From positions 1 through 50,814 of the IMG/VR virus record IMGVR_UViG_3300032103_000336: a stretch of DNA of 50,814 nt. The stretch is one strand, 5' to 3'. Origin of the DNA: a virus. Its lineage: Duplodnaviria; Caudoviricetes. The translations under genes were made by a program, and so were the position numbers. Positions 20,359-30,694 of the stretch are shown piece after piece; the stretch's first letter is position 1, and each line of letters opens with the position of its first letter. Under the pieces are notes generated by a model. The model saw only the letters and a list, made by a program, of their open reading frames with translations, had not been told where the DNA came from and did no database searches.

Positions 20359-21333
20359 TTAAATTTCTAGTGTTGGAATGTTCCACAAAGGGAAAGATGG
20401 CGTTGGAAACCCATTGTTTGAAAATCCTAAAATCTGCCCAGCCAGAGGTCTTTGGACAACATTTAATTTCGAATCTTCCCCAATCATTAATAAATTTCCC
20501 GGGGTAAAAATTGAACTTTCTGTGGAAGTGGAAGTGATCGTATATTGTAAATAATTTAAATTTATTTCTGGAGAGGAACGGTAAGATAAATAATGATTAG
20601 GTGCAGCCTGGTTTCTTATAAATAAAACGCAGAGTAATAAACCAGTTACTGTAGCTGTGTAATTTTCCTTTATAAACCTAATTGGAGTGATTATATTATT
20701 TTGATAAATACTTTCAAAATTTGTTGTATTAGTAAATTTAGTCGTATCTGTGCCGGCAATCACATAAGCGTTTGACGGGAAATCAGTAGCTGTTAAAAAG
20801 AAATCAGTGCTATTTTTTTTATATATTAAGTTTTGTGGAGGAATTACGTAAAATTTTAAAGCAAAAGAGGCGGTACTTCCCCCCGAGACTACTAATCTTT
20901 CTTTTATTTGTCCGCAAAGAGGACTTATTAGAATATCAATTGAATATGTTTTTCCCGAAAACAAAGCAGGCGCTGTGGAAGGATTGCTTAATATGAATTT
21001 ATCATATTCTCCCGTTTCATACTCTACAATGTCTTTAGAATTATTATTTAAATTACTTTCTTGAATTATAGGAAAACTTTCTAAATAATTTTCAGCCCAT
21101 TCAATTTTTTCATCTTGATATAATAAAAAAGAATTTTTTGCAGGAGGCGGTAATTCAAAAGCTTTATTCCCTGAATCGCCAACAACAATTGTGTTTTTTG
21201 TTTGGTAAAGATCCCATAAAGCTCTAAAATTCTTTATTCCTGTTTTAGTGTCAACAACAGAAGGGCTCATCATCTCTAGTAATTTCAATTCATTTTTATC
21301 AATATGAACGAGTAAATCTTTTTCGTTATCCAT
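20359..21333 (-). CDS. Chimeric protein: ejection-protein leader fused to a tail-fibre C-terminal module
   Basis: Start moved to MDNEKDLL (AAGGA RBS). N-terminus resembles 19218..20342; the remainder resembles the C-terminus of 21348..25133. Confidence 0.7.
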   Translation of the reverse strand: MDNEKDLLVHIDKNELKLLEMMSPSVVDTKTGIKNFRALWDLYQTKNTIVVGDSGNKAFELPPPAKNSFLLYQDEKIEWAENYLESFPIIQESNLNNNSKDIVEYETGEYDKFILSNPSTAPALFSGKTYSIDILISPLCGQIKERLVVSGGSTASFALKFYVIPPQNLIYKKNSTDFFLTATDFPSNAYVIAGTDTTKFTNTTNFESIYQNNIITPIRFIKENYTATVTGLLLCVLFIRNQAAPNHYLSYRSSPEINLNYLQYTITSTSTESSIFTPGNLLMIGEDSKLNVVQRPLAGQILGFSNNGFPTPSFPLWNIPTLEI

Positions 21334-21347
21334 TTTCTTATTCCTTA

Positions 21348-24300
21348 TTAAAAGCTCCATGTGGGAATTCCATTTACCATTTTTAATGTTTGTCCTGTTG
21401 CTCCTGGTTTAATAATTGTCATGTGGTTATTTTCATCAAATGTTATTAAATTTCCTTTTTGAAAAATAAGGTCTGTATTTACAGGATTTGGATAAGTTAC
21501 TTCCAACAAATCTATTTTCATTTGTGGTATTGTTTGGTGATAAATTAGAAACCCAGCACTATTATTTTGGAAAAAATAAAAAAAGAAAAATTTATTTTCA
21601 GTAGAAGGAAAACCTAGTAAATTGAAAGTATGATCGATTGAAATATCGGTAAATGGTCTTCTTCCTTGGCCTTGGGCTTTATAACATTCAAAATCAATCA
21701 AATAAGGCCTTCCTGGGAAAATAGCACCATTCCCAAAAGAAGAAGCAGAACATACGCCAACTCTAAAAGAAATATCTGAACTATTATTTGATACAAAATA
21801 TAAACTTTCCGCAAAAAAAGTAGCTTTTATTCTAACAGTGGTTACTAGAGGATCTAAAAGAATATACATTGAAGGCAAATTAGTGTTACCTTGGCCATTA
21901 ACTGTGAATGGTGGGACAGAAACACCAATATCTACATTACCATAAGCCATGCCGTAATTGACGGGATCGGGAAATTGAGCAGAACTATAATAGTACTGAT
22001 TTCCTGTGTGAATACTTTGTATGGTTTGGTTTAGAATCAAAATTTTAGGATCTTGACCTGTTATTGCTTCACTTATCCAATTAATTGTATTATTTTGATT
22101 AATTAAAAATGCGTTTTGCAAAGGTTGATTTATTAAACTAACTTTTCCTTGATCATTTCCTTTCAACATATTGTTAAATGGGATAGAAAAATTTATATCT
22201 CCAGTAACTTCCAAAGTTCCAACATCAATTGCCCCAGCCGTTAAACTAGTAACTTTTGGTTCATTTTGCCATTCTGTTTTTTTTGTCGTATTATTAAAAC
22301 CTAAAACGCTGTCTACTATTGGCTCTTTCAATTCAACAGCTTTATTGTTACTTGCTCCAACTTTAATAGAATTTTCCGTTTGATATTCGTCTAATATTTT
22401 ATACCCGCTCATATCAAGATTCTGCACAGCAGGGAAAACAGACCATAAAGAAACGGGAGAATCGGCGAGAGCATTTTGCAAATCGGAATAAGGAGAATAT
22501 AAAGCTTGGCCGTCAAACACAACAAGCGTTGCATCATTATCTGGTAACAAAATTGGATCTGCAACAGATTCGCTGCTATAAACCGCTTCAATCTCATTAA
22601 AATACCTTGGGTAGTCATTGTTTGTTGTCCCAAAAGAATTGTAAATATCTTCTCCAGAAAATTGACCACCTACAACTTCCATCCAAACATAAAGGTAAAC
22701 TGTTTCATTCTTTATATTCAATCCAGCTGTCGGTATGGAAAATGTATAAGCCCTTTCCGCTCTTCCTGCAGCTACTTCCGCTTGAGGATTAACATAAGGA
22801 TCTAAAACAATCTTTCTTATAATTTTTGATTTATCAAAATCATCCTGGTAAGAAATTGATTCGTAAGATATTCCAGCATAAAGCCTTAAAATTAATTCAT
22901 TTTCTACAGGAATAATATTTTGATTTGGTAATTTTTTTTCTCTCACATCGACAAAAATAAAACCAAAATTAGCATTTACTTCAATTAAATATTGATCTGG
23001 TGTAACTGGTCTTGGCAAATAAAGGTTGTCGTGTAATTGAGCAAATCCCCAAATTGGAGAATATTTGTGTCCATCAATATTAACAGGAATATCGATTGTT
23101 TTATTTGTAAAATAAAGCGATGAATGAACATTACCTGGAACGGTAACTGGAATTGTTTCTAGAACTGAATCAAAATCAACACCAATTTTTAATGGTTTTC
23201 TACCTGTTGTTTTATTAATAATAGACCAAGTCCAAGGTCTATGATCTTCTTCTAACCAAATTGTGCATGGTCTTGTTAGTTCCCCTGAAAATTCCAAAAT
23301 GTCATAAGCTAATTGTTCTCTTTTTAAAACAAGTTCGCTTGCATTTTGTGGTATTGTAATTCTGTTAACGGAATGTGTTACCGAATATTTAGTTGTTGTC
23401 CATTTTTCTTTTAAAGTCTTATTAGGATCATTACCTATGCAATAAAAAGTAAAAAATGTTTCTGGTAATATTTCGAAACTATTAATAGAATTAACTTCTT
23501 CAGTAGATTCGTTTGTAAAAAAAATCGTTTTTGTTTTTGAGTTGTTATAAATACTGAAGAAAAAACCTTCTGGTATTGAAGAGTTTTGCGGCGTATAAAC
23601 TCTGTTTTCCAAAATGCTTGGATGTCCTTCTGGGCTCTGGTAAAGTATTACACCACCTCTATCACTTGCGGTTAATGAATAGACTTGATTTTCTAATTCG
23701 AAAGCATAAACCATAGGACAATTTGGTGACAGTTTAGAAACAATATCTGGAACTGTTCCAGAATTGTAACTAATCATTCCATATCCTGCCGAATCTCTAA
23801 TTAATTTGTTTTCAAAATCTATGCTACAAATCCAAGCTTCTTTAAAAGAAACGGCAGGAGAATCAGTAATACAAGTAAATGTAACAAATGAATGCGGGGC
23901 TATTGTATAGCTATCTCCTACACTACTTGATATATTTTCTTGAAAATGAATTGTTAAGTTTGTGCTCTTGTTATAAACGCTAAAAGAAAATCCTTTTAAA
24001 GGAGCTCCAATAGGATTGGCTGGATCATAAACAGGCTTGAATAAATAAAATAAACTTATATTAGTAATATTTTCTGTATAAAATATAACGTTTCTGTCTT
24101 TTTGATCTATTGTATATTCTTTTGAAAAATCAACAACAGTACCAATATCTTTTAAATTAACAATTTTTTGACTAACGGCTAACTGTTCTAAGCTTGGATT
24201 CTCAACATTAATAAAAGGAATTAAACCAGGCCCAGCGACACCTTCAAAAATAGCTGTATTAAAAACACCTGTGTTTATCCATGTTTCCATTACTGTCTTA

Positions 24301-25133
24301 TCTGGTTCGTTTGCTGTGCAATAAAACGTCCTAAAAGATTTAGAAGGAATTCTATAACCTGTATCTAGTTGAGCTTTACTAAATACGTAATCAAAATCAC
24401 TATTATTGAAAACACTGAAATAAAACCCTTCTAATGGCGCCGCTTCTTCTGTCGATGCGGGGGGGGCGGGAGGCCGAACATAAATCGTTCCTTCAAGTGT
24501 TAAATCAGAAATAAACACACCGCCTCTTTGCCAAGGCTGTATCACCACTTCTGGCCCACCACCAGTAAAAGACAAAGGATAAATAGGGGCGTTTGCAGCA
24601 ATCTGCACAGGTTCTTCCGGATCTAGCGGTTTATAGGGCGTTGTTCCAGGGCCCGCTAAAACCGTTCCTGTAAAACCTCCCCCCCCTGTATTTTGATTAA
24701 TTGGATTTGAAATGTATTCCCATTTTTTCTCTCGCTCAAAATTCTCCGATAAAATTATATAAGCACTTTGACCACCTCCCAATACAACAATTTTTCCTGG
24801 AAAATTAATATTATTTTTTCCCGCATCATAAGCTTCTTTAGAAGGCCAAAAAACAACCGTAATATCGGGCTCAGCGGAGGCGTTTTCAACAAGACTATTG
24901 TAACCAGCTGAACCATTTTCAGAAGGCGGCAAAATTACATGGTGTGGTTGATGGCTACTTTCTTTATCTGGTATAAATTTACAAACAGTACTAAAAGAAC
25001 TTTCAACAATTCGTTCATAAGGCCAAGTTAATTGAAAAAAATTATTAATAAATTTTGTGTCAAGAAAAAACAACCCAAAAGTGGTGCTTGAGTTGTTAAC
25101 AACGTTATCGTTTCCAGTAATGTAATTAACCAT
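21348..25133 (-). CDS. Large tail fibre/receptor-binding protein with three internal repeats
   Basis: Three copies of GF.FS(V/I)(Y/F)N.S...F.TF.C...W; C-terminus PGATGQTLKMVNGIPTW. Confidence 0.7.
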   Translation of the reverse strand: MVNYITGNDNVVNNSSTTFGLFFLDTKFINNFFQLTWPYERIVESSFSTVCKFIPDKESSHQPHHVILPPSENGSAGYNSLVENASAEPDITVVFWPSKEAYDAGKNNINFPGKIVVLGGGQSAYIILSENFEREKKWEYISNPINQNTGGGGFTGTVLAGPGTTPYKPLDPEEPVQIAANAPIYPLSFTGGGPEVVIQPWQRGGVFISDLTLEGTIYVRPPAPPASTEEAAPLEGFYFSVFNNSDFDYVFSKAQLDTGYRIPSKSFRTFYCTANEPDKTVMETWINTGVFNTAIFEGVAGPGLIPFINVENPSLEQLAVSQKIVNLKDIGTVVDFSKEYTIDQKDRNVIFYTENITNISLFYLFKPVYDPANPIGAPLKGFSFSVYNKSTNLTIHFQENISSSVGDSYTIAPHSFVTFTCITDSPAVSFKEAWICSIDFENKLIRDSAGYGMISYNSGTVPDIVSKLSPNCPMVYAFELENQVYSLTASDRGGVILYQSPEGHPSILENRVYTPQNSSIPEGFFFSIYNNSKTKTIFFTNESTEEVNSINSFEILPETFFTFYCIGNDPNKTLKEKWTTTKYSVTHSVNRITIPQNASELVLKREQLAYDILEFSGELTRPCTIWLEEDHRPWTWSIINKTTGRKPLKIGVDFDSVLETIPVTVPGNVHSSLYFTNKTIDIPVNIDGHKYSPIWGFAQLHDNLYLPRPVTPDQYLIEVNANFGFIFVDVREKKLPNQNIIPVENELILRLYAGISYESISYQDDFDKSKIIRKIVLDPYVNPQAEVAAGRAERAYTFSIPTAGLNIKNETVYLYVWMEVVGGQFSGEDIYNSFGTTNNDYPRYFNEIEAVYSSESVADPILLPDNDATLVVFDGQALYSPYSDLQNALADSPVSLWSVFPAVQNLDMSGYKILDEYQTENSIKVGASNNKAVELKEPIVDSVLGFNNTTKKTEWQNEPKVTSLTAGAIDVGTLEVTGDINFSIPFNNMLKGNDQGKVSLINQPLQNAFLINQNNTINWISEAITGQDPKILILNQTIQSIHTGNQYYYSSAQFPDPVNYGMAYGNVDIGVSVPPFTVNGQGNTNLPSMYILLDPLVTTVRIKATFFAESLYFVSNNSSDISFRVGVCSASSFGNGAIFPGRPYLIDFECYKAQGQGRRPFTDISIDHTFNLLGFPSTENKFFFFYFFQNNSAGFLIYHQTIPQMKIDLLEVTYPNPVNTDLIFQKGNLITFDENNHMTIIKPGATGQTLKMVNGIPTWSF

Positions 25134-25155
25134 TTTTTATTCCTTTTTAATAAAA

Positions 25156-25842
25156 TTATGAACCAACAGTAGGGGCGGGAGTATTAAGTGTTGGGAATGT
25201 AGAATATTGACTTTCCGTTGCTTTGACATCTGTAGCGGTATAAGTTTTCAATAAGATGTCAAACTTTTGGCTTTCTTGCGTTAATAAGGTTGAATCTTGT
25301 AAGAACTGGTAAGCTTGAATTAAAGTTGCGCTTAACAATAAATCTGGAACTGTTCGTGTTAGAGTATTAGTGCCTGTATTTTCCCCTAAAGGTGCAAATT
25401 GAGCATAGTAAGTAATATATAATAAAACGGGAACGGAAGAAATTGGCGCAAAATAATAATTAAATTCATCGTAATCATCTGCAAAATATAGCACTTCTCT
25501 TGGTTTCTCTTTCAATTGCGCATTTAAATATTGGCAAAAAGCTAAATTTCTTTTTTTCAAAGTTACGTTTTTTTCAATATTATTTATTGTGTAAACACCA
25601 GTCATAAAAACAGTTCGATACCATTCTGGTGGTTTTCCTACCAATTGAGAATTTTCTAATAAAACAACAGGCCCAATTAAATTAATTTTCATTGGAATTA
25701 TTTTGCAAACTTTGTTTACAAACAATTCAGCTTGAGAAATAAAAAATGGTATCTGGTCTAAAAACTTTTGCGAATTTATATTACAAATTGTTTTAACAAG
25801 CTCTATTAACCCGTCATAATTTAAATTATTGAGAGTTGCCAT
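25156..25842 (-). CDS. Head-tail adaptor/tail tubular protein A-like
   Basis: NY..L...V...IP.FI..AE and N.LT...PDLLL.A.L..A..FL patterns. Confidence 0.7.
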   Translation of the reverse strand: MATLNNLNYDGLIELVKTICNINSQKFLDQIPFFISQAELFVNKVCKIIPMKINLIGPVVLLENSQLVGKPPEWYRTVFMTGVYTINNIEKNVTLKKRNLAFCQYLNAQLKEKPREVLYFADDYDEFNYYFAPISSVPVLLYITYYAQFAPLGENTGTNTLTRTVPDLLLSATLIQAYQFLQDSTLLTQESQKFDILLKTYTATDVKATESQYSTFPTLNTPAPTVGS

Positions 25843-25844
25843 TC

Positions 25845-26168
25845 TTACTCATCCTCATTATTTTTCTGCGTATAAGGGTAAATAGGCACGGGAGCAGGCT
25901 CTACCACTTTAATTTGTTCTGGATAAGGAACTTTTGTATCAAGAACAGGCCTAGGGTCTTGAAACATAGGGGGGATAAGAAAAGCTGGATTCGGCTTTGT
26001 CACAAAATCTTTTAAAACATAAAGTCCTGTCCAATAAAGCCCAGTTCCATTATACTCCATTTGTTTTACAAGATCTTTCTTACGGCAAATAAACCCTGTA
26101 CGGTCACATTGTGCTTGTGCTTCACCGTCTCCTATCCTTAAACGATTTGTTTTGTAATAAGTTTTCAT
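25845..26168 (-). CDS. Conserved morphogenesis-cluster protein (CDRTGF motif)
   Basis: AQCDRTGF...LVKQMEY.G...DP.PV; position between the adaptor genes. Confidence 0.6.
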   Translation of the reverse strand: MKTYYKTNRLRIGDGEAQAQCDRTGFICRKKDLVKQMEYNGTGLYWTGLYVLKDFVTKPNPAFLIPPMFQDPRPVLDTKVPYPEQIKVVEPAPVPIYPYTQKNNEDE

Positions 26169-27236
26169 TTAATTATTCCTCCAAAAAGATCGAATCGAAT
26201 AATCGTAATTAAAAGAAACGGGAGCTGAATTAGCTTGAGATTGAGAAAGCCCATTTAAAAGAATTTGAGAATCTTCAGCAAGAAGAGAAACACGATCGAG
26301 AGCGAACTTTTTAGCCAAATTAACAGAAACACGAGCAATTAAATAATTGACCGCATAAAAAGGCATCCGAGGCACAATGGTTAATAAAAGATTCTCAGAA
26401 TAAGGCAATCCATAAGATAACAAATAACAAGAATTATAAGTTGTTGATTGACTCGGGAAAATAAGCAAAGGTGTCTTTTCTTTTTTAAAAACATACCAAG
26501 AAGGAATATTATTAGGTAATGTTTTTTGAGCCATGCTCATGTAATCACTCATAGAACTTTCCCCAATAGGGCGATCTTGCAAACCCTGATTCGTTTTTAA
26601 GAAAGCTAATTCCCTAAGATCAATATCTTTGTCAAAACTTATAGAATAACCCTTACCAACAACAGGCGATTGAATACAAAAATAAAATGTTCCTTGGTAA
26701 AGCTTTTCTATAAAAAATGGTTCTGTATAAAAAGGCTCCTCTGAATCTACTAAAGCTCTAACACCCATTGTCATTATTAAATTGGCCGCTAGGTTTGTAG
26801 AAGAATTAATTTTAATGTATAAAATTTGTTGAGGAGTATTAAAATTAAAAGTAATTTGTGTGTTTTTTGGGATTGGATTAATATTGTTTCCCTTAAATAA
26901 ATCTTCCCAACCAACCTGTGGGAAACCATTTACAAACTCGCCTTTTTTATTTAATTCGCCGCTAACATTAAAAGGACTTGATAAATTAACGCCTTTAATA
27001 TGTTGAACGTGAGTAGGAAAAGGATAAATGGATTGAGCGGGGTTAAGGGGTATAAGCGTTCTGTTCCATAAAAAATCAAATTGAGTATTTGCGTTACCCA
27101 TTTCCCAAAGTTCATAATTAATTGCCCTTAACCCTGAATCCCATTGTAAAGGCGTAACATCTGGGGCTAACAGACCAATTCTTTCAAACGCTTCCGTAAG
27201 AATTGAATCAGGCGTAAAATAAGTTTCCTTATCCAC
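26169..27236 (-). CDS. Head-completion/adaptor-like virion protein
   Basis: I..EAFERIG...R..N..L.E..N; YMS...KT...PS.Y; LA.KFA.DRV.LL. Confidence 0.65.
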   Translation of the reverse strand: MDKETYFTPDSILTEAFERIGLLAPDVTPLQWDSGLRAINYELWEMGNANTQFDFLWNRTLIPLNPAQSIYPFPTHVQHIKGVNLSSPFNVSGELNKKGEFVNGFPQVGWEDLFKGNNINPIPKNTQITFNFNTPQQILYIKINSSTNLAANLIMTMGVRALVDSEEPFYTEPFFIEKLYQGTFYFCIQSPVVGKGYSISFDKDIDLRELAFLKTNQGLQDRPIGESSMSDYMSMAQKTLPNNIPSWYVFKKEKTPLLIFPSQSTTYNSCYLLSYGLPYSENLLLTIVPRMPFYAVNYLIARVSVNLAKKFALDRVSLLAEDSQILLNGLSQSQANSAPVSFNYDYSIRSFWRNN

Positions 27237-27237
27237 A

Positions 27238-28014
27238 TTAGTAACCTCCAGGTTGTAGTAAGATCATTTCCCATGTTAATTCCGTTAAATTGAAAGAGGC
27301 GGTAGGAGCAGTTCCATAGGGGTAATAGAGAAAGCATGCGGAGTTAATAGCCATGTGAGAAAAGTTATTATAATCAAATTCCTTTTTTACATTTTGGGTT
27401 CCTCTTAAAAAATAATTATTAAAATCAAAAGGAGTTAAAGGGTCTACTGTTGTGCCGTAAAATTCGAGGCGAGAAGGAGAACCAGAAGGAATATCAACTT
27501 CTCCATAACCCCTTGTTTGATAATAAAAATTCTGAGGATTTGCCCACGTAGAGTCTATAAAAAATGGCCCCATGACAAAATAACGCAAAGGGTAAGAATC
27601 TTCCCCCTCCTCTTCCTTATAATACTGCGTAATTTCTACATCAATATCTTTAACTTTATCGCCCTCGTAAGCCCAACCAAAAGGCGTTAAAGAAACACCT
27701 ATGATTTGCTTTACCTGTGCGTTAACTTGGTCAGAAAGTGTTGGGTTGTCATTCAAGGCCAGACCAATTGTTGTGGGATCTTCGGCATCCTGCTTTACAT
27801 TTATGTCTCTTATTCCGTTTCCAAAAGTCTTAACTCGTATGTAAATAGGAACACCGCTTTTGTTCATAACGTTAATAATGCCTTGCGTCAGGTTGCCTTC
27901 AGCAAAATTAATTGCCCGTGAAACAAGATTAACCCCCTCTCGAACCTTTCCTTTATAAGAAAAAAGCGGCTTGTCTTTGTTATAAATAAAACGTTGTTGC
28001 TGGGGTTGGTACAT
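27238..28014 (-). CDS. Hypothetical virion protein
   Basis: Directly downstream of the capsid gene; GAGG RBS. Confidence 0.6.
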   Translation of the reverse strand: MYQPQQQRFIYNKDKPLFSYKGKVREGVNLVSRAINFAEGNLTQGIINVMNKSGVPIYIRVKTFGNGIRDINVKQDAEDPTTIGLALNDNPTLSDQVNAQVKQIIGVSLTPFGWAYEGDKVKDIDVEITQYYKEEEGEDSYPLRYFVMGPFFIDSTWANPQNFYYQTRGYGEVDIPSGSPSRLEFYGTTVDPLTPFDFNNYFLRGTQNVKKEFDYNNFSHMAINSACFLYYPYGTAPTASFNLTELTWEMILLQPGGY

Positions 28015-28033
28015 GGGTTCACCTCAATTTATA

Positions 28034-28984
28034 TTATAGTCCGCCTGGAATTTCAGCACCGTATATTGCACGATAATCATGCACACCGAAACACATGAAA
28101 TTACTTGTATACATTGTTGATGTTTGCGTATCTGGACTGTTTTTGTATTCCACCTTATTCCCACCTGGATAAAAGTAAGCCAATAAGCCTGGTGTAATTA
28201 AATTGGTGGTCATATAAAATGCCCCTTGGTTATCACTATAAGGGTTTACAATGACAGGGAAATTACTTCCTAAATTAGCAGGCCCCGAAAAGTTTACCCC
28301 GAGGTTTGCACTTTCTGGATCATAATAAGAACCAATGATACGGAAAGCCGCCCTTTGTTGCATAGGGCTAACGATTAACGCCGTAGGGCTCATAGGATCA
28401 GGGTTACCCGCCATATCCTTACATTGCGACATTTGTTGTTGCATGAGGGCAACTGATTGCGTGCTTAGAGCCATGTTAGGAAGCTTGTTAGACATTGTGC
28501 CGTTAACAAGTTGATGCTCTTCAGAAAACAAAGGTTGACCTAAGAAAGTAGAGGCTCCATCAACAACCGTGAACCCTTTTTCTAAAACGGAGGTTGCTAA
28601 AATATTTCTGGTTAATAGAATTGACTTCTTTAAATTTGCTTCTAATTGGGGCCATTGTTTTTCAATTGTATTAAACATCAGCATTTCTGCAGAAACTGAA
28701 AGACTAGAGCCGTAATTCTTTAATTGGAATTGTGAGTTCCAGGCGACCCCTACGCTGTTTGGCTTAATAGCGGCACCTTCCGCCTTAAACTTTGACATGC
28801 CAGAAGGAATGCCCATTTGAATAATCTCAAAAGCTCTTTCTGTTTCTTTTATTTCAAATATTTTGTTGTAAAAGTCAACAACCGTATTTACCTCACGATA
28901 CGCTTTGAGCGCTCCCTCAACAAGGGCTAACGGGTTTGTACCCGTTGTTAACATATCGGTAGGTGTTGATAAAAAATTTGCCAT
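28034..28984 (-). CDS. Major capsid protein (HK97 fold)
   Basis: ERAFE, K.EGAAI, GQPLFS..H.L..G..SN, P.ALIV.P, C-terminus FGVHDYRAIYG. Confidence 0.82.
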   Translation of the reverse strand: MANFLSTPTDMLTTGTNPLALVEGALKAYREVNTVVDFYNKIFEIKETERAFEIIQMGIPSGMSKFKAEGAAIKPNSVGVAWNSQFQLKNYGSSLSVSAEMLMFNTIEKQWPQLEANLKKSILLTRNILATSVLEKGFTVVDGASTFLGQPLFSEEHQLVNGTMSNKLPNMALSTQSVALMQQQMSQCKDMAGNPDPMSPTALIVSPMQQRAAFRIIGSYYDPESANLGVNFSGPANLGSNFPVIVNPYSDNQGAFYMTTNLITPGLLAYFYPGGNKVEYKNSPDTQTSTMYTSNFMCFGVHDYRAIYGAEIPGGL

Positions 28985-29009
28985 AATTATTTTTCCTTAT
29001 CTGTTATTG

Positions 29010-30080
29010 CTATGCTTGTACTGCATCAAAAAATGCTTTGAAAATAGCACTATTGTTAATTGCCACGTTTAGGTTCACCGAATCTGCAGAAGCAGCAAGC
29101 CATTCATTTAAAGGCGGTAGATTTTCTCCGTCTTCGTCTCCTGAAGAAGGGGATACGTATGAAAATGGCATTTGGTAATATAATGGTAAGAGAGAAGTAA
29201 GTGTAACAGCTACATTGTTTAGCGTTCCTGCAAGGGCTGCTTTGTGGGCGTCGCCATTAGCGTTTAGATTTGCTATTGGTACGTAAGTATTGACAGCGGC
29301 TCCTGCCGATCCGTTAACATTTCCAATTTCTGTCGAAATAGCACCGTTCCGAGGAGCTGATGTAACATAAGTTCCAGCAGGCATAGAAGGGATAACTAAA
29401 TTAGAAATTGTTGCACCCGTTGTTTCAAAAGCTTGAGGAACCCAATTTGTCAAAGAAACGCCTGTCAGGCCTCCTGTTGTAGTACCCCAGATTTTATCAG
29501 TTAAATAAGCACTTGTGCCGCCACCATTTGCTTGAGAACCATTAATGTTTATTGCTTTTAAAACATGCTGCTCATCTTCAGCTTGTAAAACCTCAAAAGC
29601 GGGAGCAAACCTCGCAAAGCCAATATTCTTTAAAAGGTCCGCCCTTCTTCCAGCATTTTCTAAACGCATTTTAAACTGCCAGATTGAGGTTGGGTCTGTG
29701 ATAACGTTTACACCGACGTTAAAATTGCCAGCCTGACTACTCAGATCCATGCCTTGAGATTGAGGTCTTAAGAAATTAATATTGTTTTGTTTAGGTAACC
29801 AAACATTCTCTACGATTCCTAGAATCGGTGTTTGCACATATTTTTTTAGAGCGTCGTCCTGAGCGGTCTGACTCTCAGCTGCCTTTATCTCATTATAAAA
29901 AGTAATAAACTTTTCACCCAAAGTACCAATAGTTCCATCTGGTTTTAAGAAAACAGGATCTCCTGAAAAAACGTTAAATTTGTAGTTTTTAGGTAAATAA
30001 TATCTTTGTGTTTTTCGGTTAGTATCTGCACGAATTGAAGAATCCGTGTACTTTACGCCGTTTTGTGTTGAGTAACGCAT
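29010..30080 (-). CDS. Capsid decoration/cement-like protein
   Basis: VFSGDPV.L..DGT and VITDP motifs; immediately upstream of the MCP. Confidence 0.6.
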   Translation of the reverse strand: MRYSTQNGVKYTDSSIRADTNRKTQRYYLPKNYKFNVFSGDPVFLKPDGTIGTLGEKFITFYNEIKAAESQTAQDDALKKYVQTPILGIVENVWLPKQNNINFLRPQSQGMDLSSQAGNFNVGVNVITDPTSIWQFKMRLENAGRRADLLKNIGFARFAPAFEVLQAEDEQHVLKAININGSQANGGGTSAYLTDKIWGTTTGGLTGVSLTNWVPQAFETTGATISNLVIPSMPAGTYVTSAPRNGAISTEIGNVNGSAGAAVNTYVPIANLNANGDAHKAALAGTLNNVAVTLTSLLPLYYQMPFSYVSPSSGDEDGENLPPLNEWLAASADSVNLNVAINNSAIFKAFFDAVQA

Positions 30081-30100
30081 TAAAGCTCTCCTTTTAAAAA

Positions 30101-30505
30101 TTAATAATCGTTGTGTGGTAGAAGACCGAAACGGGGAAGATCTTTGGGATCAATCACACGCCAAACGCTGTAGTCTGGAACAAAGAATGTTGAAAAGGGC
30201 AATCTTTTCTCCATTTCGTCGTCAGTCATAAAGTCTTTGTGTTGCTCACTCATATCAAAACGTACATAATCCCCTTCTTTACAATAAGGGAATGTATAGC
30301 CATTTCTTTCTGAATAAGCTTCATTTCCTAAGGCTAAAACTTGCCCTATACAAACAGAAGCTAAGCGGGCATCTTTGTGCTTATCGGTTAAGAATATTTT
30401 TCCACCAGTAGTTGTATCGGGAGCTTTAAGCGTTCTTAGAAGAATCATACGACCCTGAACGTTTGCGTCTCCGTTTGTTTTTAGAAGTTTTTTATAAAAA
30501 CTCAT
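30101..30505 (-). CDS. groES: GroES/Cpn10-like co-chaperonin
   Basis: G.MILLR...TTGGKIFL...GQVLALG.EAY...CKEGDYV.F. Confidence 0.8.
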   Translation of the reverse strand: MSFYKKLLKTNGDANVQGRMILLRTLKAPDTTTGGKIFLTDKHKDARLASVCIGQVLALGNEAYSERNGYTFPYCKEGDYVRFDMSEQHKDFMTDDEMEKRLPFSTFFVPDYSVWRVIDPKDLPRFGLLPHNDY

Positions 30506-30690
30506 TATTCAAAAATCCCCTTTCTTTTGTTAACACGAACACAACCGCCATTAGCCATCCCTTTTAAGCGAGCTTTAGAAGCGGAGCCAGCAAGATTTTC
30601 TTCCAAATGGTCATGGTCGTATTGTTTTTTTTCTTGAGCCTTAGCTTCCTTTTCTTTTCGCTCTCTTCTGCGTTTTCCTATCCCGAACAT
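30505..30690 (-). CDS. Small basic protein with a MANGG motif
   Basis: ORF coupled to groES. Confidence 0.6.
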   Translation of the reverse strand: MFGIGKRRRERKEKEAKAQEKKQYDHDHLEENLAGSASKARLKGMANGGCVRVNKRKGIFE

Positions 30691-30694
30691 ATGA

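Noticed and set aside
20359-25133. Diversity-generating retroelement acting on the fibre tips
   Set aside because: There is no reverse transcriptase and no near-identical TR/VR pair differing at adenines; the similarity is old and at protein level.
30101-30505. Phage GroES as a novelty
   Set aside because: Stand-alone GroES-like genes in head clusters are well known in phages.
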